Positions 1-8,320 of a stretch of DNA of 64,000 nucleotides are shown here, piece after piece (position 1 is the first letter of the stretch; every line of letters starts with the position of its first letter). The DNA comes from a virus. Made by a program: the position numbers and the translations under genes. The notes under the pieces are model-generated. The model was not told where the DNA came from. It saw nothing but the letters and a program-made list of their open reading frames with translations, and made no database searches. The stretch lies in IMG/VR virus record IMGVR_UViG_3300032291_001823, positions 29,516 to 93,515 of that record; one strand, 5' to 3'.

Positions 1-1
1 T

Positions 2-3000
2 TACAAAACTTACATAAACGCACCTTGTTTAAATTTTAAAGTGAGCAGCCCTATTCATAAGGTTGTTCATAAAATTACAAACTGTACCACTGAAATCTAT
101 TGGACAGATGGTTTGAACCCTAGAAGGTTTCTAGATTTAAATAACCCACCATACACTACATCTATAGGAGTAAATGTTTGTGATAGTATTGATACATCTG
201 CAATTGACTGTAACAAATTAAAGATACAGCCTAATTTTTCAATTCCTGAAATAGATGTAACAGATATAGTTAATGGAGGAAATTTAACTGCAGGTGTGTA
301 TCAATTTGCAATACAATATTGTGACGCTGGTGGAGAGCCTTACACATCATACTACTCTGTAACAAACCCCACTCCAATATCCAACGAAGATATCATCACT
401 CTTGATTTCAACTATTCTGTAGGAAAGTCTATAGAACTATATATAAAGAATCTAGATCTTACAAGATATTTTGAATATTACAATATTGCTGTAATTAAAA
501 CAATTAATGCAATAACTTCTGTTGAATTAATTGGTACGTATTTTATTGATAGTTCTTCAAAAACAATCACTTACACTGGTCAGAATCAAACACAAATAAG
601 ACTTACGTTAGATGATGTGTTTGAAAAATTCCCATATTACGATATTGCAAGTGACGTAACTGCTGTACAAGATGTTATAGTTTGGCAAGGTCTTACATCT
701 ATAGATCAAGTTAACTATCAGAAGATTGCTAATCAAATAACTCTTCAGTGGGAAACTTGGAGAATACCCTCTACAGAAAACTATTCAAACTCAGTGAATG
801 CCACAAATCTTCGTGGTTATTTAAGAGATGAGGTTTATGCATTTGAAATAGTTTTCCTATTAAAAAATGGTCAACAGACAGATGGTTTCCATATTCCTGG
901 AAGAACATTGTCAGTTAATGACACATTATATCCAGATGTACCTGATACAAACCCTGACTTTATAGGAGAACCTACGTATTCCTCTGGAGGAATTGGATAT
1001 AGCCCTTATTGGAAAATATACAACACTGCCACAGAAATAGATTTCTCAGAAGGATATAGTTCAAACGCAGATTATAAAGGTGCATACAAATATGGTGATT
1101 TTGCATATTGGGAATCAACAGATGTATACCCTTGTAATACAGATGTTTGGGGAGATTTAGCAAATCAACCAATCAGACATCATAAGTTTCCAGATGCGCT
1201 TGTAAGCCCTATATTTGAAAGTGCAGTTTATGCATCAGGATCTCCATTAACTCCTGTTGAGACAAAGAATGCAGTGTTTCCAATAGGTGTAAAGATTGAT
1301 GTACAACAGATTAATCAACTTGTACAAACATCAGACCTAACTGCTGACGAGAAACAGAACATAGTTGGTTTTAAGATTGTACGTGGTAACAGAAATACAA
1401 ATAAGTCTGTTATTGCAAAAGGTATTTTAAGAAACGTAGGAAAGTACAACAGAGAAGGAACAGATTATTATTTTCCAAACTACCCTTACAACGACCTTAA
1501 GAAAGATCCTTTTATTACAACTAAAAGCAATGCTTTCTTAGGTCAGTGTGAAAGTTATAGAATAACTGTACTCACTTCAGGTGAATACCAGTATACAGAT
1601 TGTTACACTGCTGAAGTTGTAGAAGCACCAATGAATGCTGGTGATGTTATTACACAGTGTACAATTGGAACAATTACACTAATAAGTGGAACTGCAACAA
1701 TACTAAAAACTTCATGGTATACATACAAAATCTCTTCAATATCAGTTTCAAATACATGGTTTTGGGTTGATCCTGTATCACTTCTTACAAAAAGTTGGAT
1801 AGTTGGTCCTGGTCAAACTGTTACAGTGGATTCAAGCATCTTGCCAAATCCTGTACCAGGATTGCCAGGAACATTTACAAGAAATGCAATCAGTAATATA
1901 AATAATCCTTCTTGTGCAGGAACAGACCTGGATGGATTTTCAACAGACGATTCCAAATTCAGACATGTATTCAACTCTCCAGAAACATCCTTTGGAAGTC
2001 CTTTCTTAGGAAGTGTTTTGAAGTTGGAAAATGTAATGTTTGGTGCTGGTAGGGCTCACTTTGTAGAAGTGAAGAAGAATGCAATGTATAAGCTTATTAC
2101 AAAAGAAGCACAAGAAGATGCACTGAAAGCAAGTGAAGATGTTTCTAGAATTGCAGGAACTTTTGATGCCACTGCAATGTTTACGGCTTACCAATCCTAC
2201 TTACAGATATATATAAATGGTATTACAAGAAAGAATTATGGATATTCTTTCAACTCTATAGCTGAGTATAACTATTCAGCCAACATAGATAATAATCTGG
2301 GAATTAAACAAAGAGAACTTGATCTCTATCAATATCTTATTCCTGGTGTACAGAATGTAGGAGATAATTATAATATAAACAATTTCCAAAGAGAGTCTTC
2401 TGTTTATTTGAAAACAGCAGGAACTACACCTCTACCATTCCCAGATAAAACAAACAGTCTCATCCTCTCTTCTGGAGGAAGCTTGATAAGTGATGATTCA
2501 AGATTTACAATATCACAAAAAGACAGTTGTCTCACTCCAGAAAAAGAACAACCTATAAGTGTAGTTAGTTATTACGCAGCAATTAAGAACATCATCCCTA
2601 ACCAATGGGGTCAGATGTATTCTTATGAAACAATAGACACAGGAGCGCAAGTAATATTCGACCTATCTAACTCTTATACAGGAACAACTGTTTTTGGTGG
2701 AGACACATTTATAAATAAATTCTCATTCAAAACAAAAGTGCCCTTCTTTATTGATAATAGGGTGGGTGCTCCTGATGATAGTGATGTGTTCTATGATGAA
2801 CTTGGAAATATTGGCTATCCAAAGTATTGGCACTCTGCAAGATCTATTCTTAGCAATTACACTGTAGGAGGTGGTACAGGACCTCTTAAAAATATTATTT
2901 CTTACAAAGCACGTAATTTTGATTGCCCAAATAGTCAAGCAGATACATCTGGTAATCCTGGAAGAACATTCTATGATGGAAAGATGTACATGTTTACATA

Positions 3001-4342
3001 TGGTATTCCTACATTCTACTGTGAGTCAAGTGTAAACGTAGATCTTAGACAAGCATTTAATAATAAGGAAGGAGATTTCTATCCTCATGTTAGTACAGGT
3101 ATTCCTGATGAATGGGTTCAGGAAAGTAATGTAACTATTGCGTTTGACAACACTTACTATTACAATCCATCTTTCTCAAAACAGAACACTGAGAATTTTT
3201 TCTCACACCTTCCAGTTGATTGGACTGATGATCAATGTTATACAAATTTTCCATTCAGAGCAATATATTCTGACAGACAACAAAGTTATACAGACAATCG
3301 TGTAAATAGTTGGTTGATATACAGACCAATTAGCTTCTTTGATTTTCCACAGAATTATGGAAAGCTTACAAGCTTAGATGGTATTCAGAATAGAGCTGTC
3401 CTTGCAAGGTTTGAAAACAAATCATTGCTTTACAACACCTTGCTAACAATTGATACAAGCAACCCTCAAGCTGCTTACGTAGGAAACGACACATTGTTCA
3501 GAAGTTCTCCTCCAATAGATTTTGCAGAAACAGATCTTGGTTATGTAGGAAGTCAGAATAAAATGTTGTTAAAGATTCCTCAAGGACAGATAACTATTGA
3601 TGCAAAAAGAGGACAAGTGTTTCTTGTTTCAGGGAACAGTGTACAAGACTTGTCAGCGTTTGGCTCAGGACTGAATAGGTTCTTTACAGATCATCTTGCT
3701 TTTGAAATACTTAGATATTTTCCAAATGTTCCTACAGACAACCATTTCAATGGTGTAGGATTGCATGGTGTATTTGATAGCAAGTTTGATAGGGTTATAA
3801 TAAGTAAACTTGATTATATTCCTCTAAGAAATGACATTAAATACGACGCTGTTAAAGATGAGTTCTACATTGAAACCAAATATAGAATGCCTAGTGAGGA
3901 ATTATTTTACAGCGTCATTCGTGAAGTTGTTTATTTAACAGACACTACATATTTTTGTAATAAGTCTTGGACACTCTCTTTCAATTTCAATACAAAGAGT
4001 TGGGTGAGTTTCCATAGTTATATTCCTAACTGGTATATTGCAGAAAACAATTTCTTCTATTCTGGAATAAATACAGGTTGTGATTTACATGCAATTGCTG
4101 TACAGAGAATACCAACACCAACCACCACTACAACAAGTACAACACGTAGAACCACAACCACCACCACTACAACTACAACACTTGCGCCTCAATGTACTCT
4201 TGCAGGAAATGCTAGAGTTGGTGTTTGTACACTTGCAGGAACTGCAGTGCTAATACCTCCAGTGACTACAACTACAACCACAACAACAATAGCAGCAAAT
4301 TGTACATTGGCAGGAACAGCAGAATTTATTCCACCAGCTTAA
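2..4342 (+). CDS. crAss-like tail stabilisation ('muzzle', P22 gp10-like) protein, N-terminal part; 5'-truncated by window edge; C-terminal Cys/poly-Thr extension
   Basis: The frame is open from position 2 (YKTYINAPCLNFKV...), so GTG at 41 is not the true start. Motifs IYWTDGLNP, GYLRDEVYAF, PIRHHKFPD, GGDTFI, DAKRGQVF and SWTLSF..SWVSFHSY resemble crAss-like stabilisation proteins. It lies upstream of the cargo/RNAP genes. Confidence 0.8.
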   Translation, partial: YKTYINAPCLNFKVSSPIHKVVHKITNCTTEIYWTDGLNPRRFLDLNNPPYTTSIGVNVCDSIDTSAIDCNKLKIQPNFSIPEIDVTDIVNGGNLTAGVYQFAIQYCDAGGEPYTSYYSVTNPTPISNEDIITLDFNYSVGKSIELYIKNLDLTRYFEYYNIAVIKTINAITSVELIGTYFIDSSSKTITYTGQNQTQIRLTLDDVFEKFPYYDIASDVTAVQDVIVWQGLTSIDQVNYQKIANQITLQWETWRIPSTENYSNSVNATNLRGYLRDEVYAFEIVFLLKNGQQTDGFHIPGRTLSVNDTLYPDVPDTNPDFIGEPTYSSGGIGYSPYWKIYNTATEIDFSEGYSSNADYKGAYKYGDFAYWESTDVYPCNTDVWGDLANQPIRHHKFPDALVSPIFESAVYASGSPLTPVETKNAVFPIGVKIDVQQINQLVQTSDLTADEKQNIVGFKIVRGNRNTNKSVIAKGILRNVGKYNREGTDYYFPNYPYNDLKKDPFITTKSNAFLGQCESYRITVLTSGEYQYTDCYTAEVVEAPMNAGDVITQCTIGTITLISGTATILKTSWYTYKISSISVSNTWFWVDPVSLLTKSWIVGPGQTVTVDSSILPNPVPGLPGTFTRNAISNINNPSCAGTDLDGFSTDDSKFRHVFNSPETSFGSPFLGSVLKLENVMFGAGRAHFVEVKKNAMYKLITKEAQEDALKASEDVSRIAGTFDATAMFTAYQSYLQIYINGITRKNYGYSFNSIAEYNYSANIDNNLGIKQRELDLYQYLIPGVQNVGDNYNINNFQRESSVYLKTAGTTPLPFPDKTNSLILSSGGSLISDDSRFTISQKDSCLTPEKEQPISVVSYYAAIKNIIPNQWGQMYSYETIDTGAQVIFDLSNSYTGTTVFGGDTFINKFSFKTKVPFFIDNRVGAPDDSDVFYDELGNIGYPKYWHSARSILSNYTVGGGTGPLKNIISYKARNFDCPNSQADTSGNPGRTFYDGKMYMFTYGIPTFYCESSVNVDLRQAFNNKEGDFYPHVSTGIPDEWVQESNVTIAFDNTYYYNPSFSKQNTENFFSHLPVDWTDDQCYTNFPFRAIYSDRQQSYTDNRVNSWLIYRPISFFDFPQNYGKLTSLDGIQNRAVLARFENKSLLYNTLLTIDTSNPQAAYVGNDTLFRSSPPIDFAETDLGYVGSQNKMLLKIPQGQITIDAKRGQVFLVSGNSVQDLSAFGSGLNRFFTDHLAFEILRYFPNVPTDNHFNGVGLHGVFDSKFDRVIISKLDYIPLRNDIKYDAVKDEFYIETKYRMPSEELFYSVIREVVYLTDTTYFCNKSWTLSFNFNTKSWVSFHSYIPNWYIAENNFFYSGINTGCDLHAIAVQRIPTPTTTTTSTTRRTTTTTTTTTTLAPQCTLAGNARVGVCTLAGTAVLIPPVTTTTTTTTIAANCTLAGTAEFIPPA

Positions 4343-4361
4343 AACCTTAAAATATTATAAA

Positions 4362-4967
4362 ATGGCACAAACAGTATTAATAACATTGACTACGGCAGGA
4401 GCTGATACAGGACCTTTTAATCTATTTTCAAATGTAGATGGTTATGTATCTGCGTTTCAAACAGGAGTGGCGAAAGCTTCTCTTGTTTCAGGATTTACAT
4501 CTACAGTTGTTCCTGATGGAACATCTATAATAAGGGTGAAGTCTACAAGTGTTCTTTGTCCAAACTTTATAGATTTGGCAGTTTCTGGTGTCACCACCAC
4601 CACAACCACCACTACACAAGATCTTATTCAGGTGATTCTTTATGGTAGGCATGATCCAGCTGCTTCTACATTCCCACTTTTGGCATTTGCATATTCACAA
4701 AACGGAGGAGTTTCATGGACTCAAGTGGGTGCATCTTTTAACGACACAACTTGTACCCAAAGAGCTGTTATCAGTGTACAAAGAAACTCATCTCTTTCAA
4801 TAAAAGTTGTTCAAGATGGAAACGTTGGAAATACATGGCAATCAAGTAGAAGTGGTACAAGCTGTCCTGCTTTTACAATATTAAACTGTATTTGGCCAGC
4901 AGCAACTGCAGCAAATTCAAATACATACTACTTTACAGTGAATGGTGATAATCAAGGAACTTGTTAA
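4362..4967 (+). CDS. small virion-associated protein: N-terminal domain, T8 linker, Cys-containing beta-rich C-terminal domain
   Basis: 201-aa ORF with A-rich leader. N-terminus MAQTVLITLTTAGADTGPF is paralogous to that of the next ORF. Internal GVTTTTTTTTQD. Confidence 0.7.
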   Translation: MAQTVLITLTTAGADTGPFNLFSNVDGYVSAFQTGVAKASLVSGFTSTVVPDGTSIIRVKSTSVLCPNFIDLAVSGVTTTTTTTTQDLIQVILYGRHDPAASTFPLLAFAYSQNGGVSWTQVGASFNDTTCTQRAVISVQRNSSLSIKVVQDGNVGNTWQSSRSGTSCPAFTILNCIWPAATAANSNTYYFTVNGDNQGTC

Positions 4968-4976
4968 GAATAACAA

Positions 4977-5846
4977 ATGGCTAAGACAATAATCATAAAG
5001 TTAACTAGTGCAGGCAGAAGAACAGGCCCCTTTCAGATATTAGATGATAGGGGCAATGTTCTTGCCAATGATGTTTCTAAACAAAACATCATTGATGGCT
5101 TTACAGTTAGTGTTGCTGATGAAACAAAGGTTATTGTAATAAAATCTCTATACACATGCTGCAACACCTCAATCAACGTCTCAATAGGAACAGCTACAAA
5201 GGAGGAACTAGCAGCTCAACAATTCAAAGACACAAACACTGCATCTCTTTGGAGGCATTTGACAAACACCACTATTTATAATAAATATTACGGCTGTACA
5301 AATCCTTACATTATAGAATATTCATTTGCATTTAGATATCAAGATGAGATTCTTCAAAATATAAAAGACTATACAAAGGTGTATCAATACATTCCTTCAG
5401 AATATGGTGTGTTTGATGACAATCTTAAAGTTGAAATAGACAACCAGTATTTTGATAAATCAATTCTTTACAATGGTCAGCAGTCTTCTGGTGTGTTGAA
5501 ACTTGTTCCAAAACCAATCAACAACCTGAGTGACTACATGAAATATCCTATTTACAGCGCAGACAGTAAAACAATAACATTTACAAAAAGCGATAACTTC
5601 TACCAGTATAATACATTTTGGTCTTTGGTAAGAGATAAGTCTAAACCACTGTTCCTATCAACATGTGAGTCTCTTTCAATTGACAAAGTTGTAAACCAAT
5701 CTAATATGGACTACTCTAAAAGATCCTTTAAGAAGGAACCTTTGAGAGCTAAAGAACTTAAAGTTAGACATATTCTTGATTCAAGAAGCGACGTACATTT
5801 AGTTTCACAATTCTTTGTAACAGCAAACCAAATCTCTTACAAATAA
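4977..5846 (+). CDS. structural protein, probably the detached C-terminal part of the stabilisation/muzzle protein with an added N-terminal domain
   Basis: 289-aa ORF. LWRH..YYG..PYIIEY, FDKSILYNGQQSSG and YNTFW resemble the C-terminus of crAss-like stabilisation proteins as I recall them (not searched). Confidence 0.55.
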   Translation: MAKTIIIKLTSAGRRTGPFQILDDRGNVLANDVSKQNIIDGFTVSVADETKVIVIKSLYTCCNTSINVSIGTATKEELAAQQFKDTNTASLWRHLTNTTIYNKYYGCTNPYIIEYSFAFRYQDEILQNIKDYTKVYQYIPSEYGVFDDNLKVEIDNQYFDKSILYNGQQSSGVLKLVPKPINNLSDYMKYPIYSADSKTITFTKSDNFYQYNTFWSLVRDKSKPLFLSTCESLSIDKVVNQSNMDYSKRSFKKEPLRAKELKVRHILDSRSDVHLVSQFFVTANQISYK

Positions 5847-5847
5847 C

Positions 5848-8319
5848 ATGGCTAACAAGATTACATGCACATGTGGACATTCCTGGAATAAATCAGATTC
5901 CAGTAAGAAGGATGCAACTGTATGTCATATATGTGGAAAAGATAACACTATGAAAAATGGAGGATGGTTAGATAAATATGAAGCTCCAAAAGCCCAGAAT
6001 GGTATAGAAGGAACCATGGGAGGTCTCACTGACAAGGGATTTAATTATAATGGTGCATGGGGTGGAACAATGCAGAATGGTGGAGGTTTAACATTCCTTG
6101 AACCTACAAGTAGAAAGTTACCAAAAGGATATGTTATTCCATATAACACTCCTAGTACAGAGTTAGCAATTTCTGTAGGTGGTGAAAATGGAGAACCAGC
6201 TTATTTAATTCCATCATTTAAGTATGGTAGACATTTAACAGATAAAGATGCTAAAGCTGAATTTAGAAAAACAGGAGAACATCTTGGTGGTCCATTTAAA
6301 ACATGGCAAGAAGCTGATGAGTGGGAAAGAACAGTGAGACATCCGTATGTAGAGAAAGGACAAAACATTCCTACACCTCTTAGAAGATGGGGAAAAGATT
6401 TTGCAATGGGTGGGTCTATGCCTGGTGCTGTAGGATTCACGTACGCACGCACAGGAAGTATTCCTTCTAATGGTCCTTATGCAAAGAAGACAAAGGCTAG
6501 TGCACAAGATGGTACAAATGTAAAAAAACCATCGGTTAAACTTTCTCCTGATGAAATAAAAATGGAGCGTTTAAAACAGTATGCACAACAAGCTTCTAGA
6601 AAAGAAAACCCCAAGTTACAGTCTAGAGGATCTACACCTGATGCTGTTAGAAAGAAGTTGCATGATGATGCTCAAAAGGCAAAACTAAAAAACCAAATAC
6701 TAAAAGGTGCTGACATTGCTACAGACATAATGCAAGTTGGAAACTTTGTTCCTAATCCAATAGGTCAAGCTATTGGTAAAGTTGGTAATGCAGCTGGTGC
6801 TTGGATAGATGCTGCGCAGGCAGCTGGTGATCTTTATAATAGAAATTATGTATCTGCTGCAATAAATGCAGCAAGTGTTGCACTACCTAATGTACTTGCA
6901 AAGAATGAGTTTAGAAGAAATAGTAAATATTTAAAACCAGGACAACCTCTATACCCATTTAGTCCACAAGCAAGAAATAACTTTATTGATAGAGAATATT
7001 ACATAGAACCTTTTACAAAGGTGAGAGGTATGACAGATAAATCTCTATTAGCAAATCGTGCATTGCTTGGAGTACTTGGTGCTGAAACAGCTTATGATTC
7101 TTATCAGAATGGTGGTGAAATGAAATACTACCAAGAAGGCTTGGATTTCAAACCTAAGACAATCAGTGAAGATGGTTCCATTATAACACCTTATGGACAA
7201 TGGGAATATCCTGGTGAGATAACAACAATTCCATCTAACGAAATAACAATGGAAGGAGTACCTTATCCTGTCCTTGGAATATCAGACACTGGTGATACAC
7301 AGATGATGTATCCTGAGGAAGAATATGAGTTTGATGGAGAATCAGTTACAGAATACCCTGTAATGCAAAAAGGTGGACGTGTTCCTGTATACACAGAGAA
7401 TCCAAGAGATCCTAGACTTAGAGCTTATCAGGATAGTTTAAAGTTGCATAACCTTTCTTTAAAAATAGCTAATAGACCAAATGGTGATATAAGTTATGGA
7501 AGAAAGCCTGAAGGTAAGTTTAGTAAAACTTTTACTGCAGCAGATGCTATCGATTACTTATATCCAGTTACTCCTGATGAAATAGCAATGGTTAAACTGA
7601 GTAATAAATCTAAAATATTACCTACAAGACATTATCCAGGAGAAGGTGGTGGTGTACACTTTAAAAAACCAGTGCAACCTGTAGAATATAGAAAACCAGA
7701 ACCTACAACGGTGTATGTTGATGATCTTAACGATCCAAGACTAAGAGCATACCAAGATAGCTTATCTCTTTCTTCAAGACCAAGGCAAAATCCTAATCCA
7801 ATGATATCTATTCAGGAGTGGGAAAAGTCAAGAAGCAGTAGTGCTAAAAATTTTAAAGAAAAAGGAATAATGCCAATAGGTATAAGGGAGTTTTCTGAAC
7901 AACCTTATAGGAAATCAGAAGCTGTATTTGCAAAACCTAAACAAAAAGTAGAATATAGAAAACCACAACCAAAGAAAGAACAACCTGTTAAGAAACAAGA
8001 ACAATCTAAACCTGTTGAGAGAAAGCAGAACGTATATGAAGGTTCTCCTGTATATTCTCCAGGAACAGGAAGTGGTCTACCATCAGCTCTTATAGGTTTT
8101 ACTAATCAACAAGGTGACACAACATATATTAAGCCTGAAGACTACGAAAGGTTTGCTGTTCCTAAATATGGAAAAGAGTTTATAGAGAGTAAGAAGAAAC
8201 AGAGGAACGGTGGTGTTAACAGTGCTGATGCTCAACCTATTAAGAAGCTAGATCAATTGCTTAACTTTACAAACTATAATAAACCATCCAAAGGTGGATG
8301 GCTTGATAAATACAACTGA
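5848..8319 (+). CDS. putative internal virion (cargo) protein with repeated xxxGG motifs and internal duplication
   Basis: 823 aa. N-terminal CTCGH..CHICG Zn-knuckle, GGWLDKY near both ends, multiple M/A/Y-Q/K-x-G-G motifs. Sits between muzzle and RNAP genes. Confidence 0.6.
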   Translation: MANKITCTCGHSWNKSDSSKKDATVCHICGKDNTMKNGGWLDKYEAPKAQNGIEGTMGGLTDKGFNYNGAWGGTMQNGGGLTFLEPTSRKLPKGYVIPYNTPSTELAISVGGENGEPAYLIPSFKYGRHLTDKDAKAEFRKTGEHLGGPFKTWQEADEWERTVRHPYVEKGQNIPTPLRRWGKDFAMGGSMPGAVGFTYARTGSIPSNGPYAKKTKASAQDGTNVKKPSVKLSPDEIKMERLKQYAQQASRKENPKLQSRGSTPDAVRKKLHDDAQKAKLKNQILKGADIATDIMQVGNFVPNPIGQAIGKVGNAAGAWIDAAQAAGDLYNRNYVSAAINAASVALPNVLAKNEFRRNSKYLKPGQPLYPFSPQARNNFIDREYYIEPFTKVRGMTDKSLLANRALLGVLGAETAYDSYQNGGEMKYYQEGLDFKPKTISEDGSIITPYGQWEYPGEITTIPSNEITMEGVPYPVLGISDTGDTQMMYPEEEYEFDGESVTEYPVMQKGGRVPVYTENPRDPRLRAYQDSLKLHNLSLKIANRPNGDISYGRKPEGKFSKTFTAADAIDYLYPVTPDEIAMVKLSNKSKILPTRHYPGEGGGVHFKKPVQPVEYRKPEPTTVYVDDLNDPRLRAYQDSLSLSSRPRQNPNPMISIQEWEKSRSSSAKNFKEKGIMPIGIREFSEQPYRKSEAVFAKPKQKVEYRKPQPKKEQPVKKQEQSKPVERKQNVYEGSPVYSPGTGSGLPSALIGFTNQQGDTTYIKPEDYERFAVPKYGKEFIESKKKQRNGGVNSADAQPIKKLDQLLNFTNYNKPSKGGWLDKYN
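7387..7975 (+). repeat. diverged tandem duplication of a ~90-120 aa cassette
   Basis: VYTENPRDPRLRAYQDSL...FKKPVQPVEYRKPEP followed by VYVDDLNDPRLRAYQDSL...FAKPKQKVEYRKPQP. DNA gtagaatatagaaaacca occurs twice. Confidence 0.85.
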
Positions 8320-8320
8320 T

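Noticed and set aside
4115-4290. ACN runs as a phase-variable microsatellite
   Set aside because: The third positions are mixed and the unit is a triplet, so there is no frameshift switching; protein-level Thr selection explains it better.
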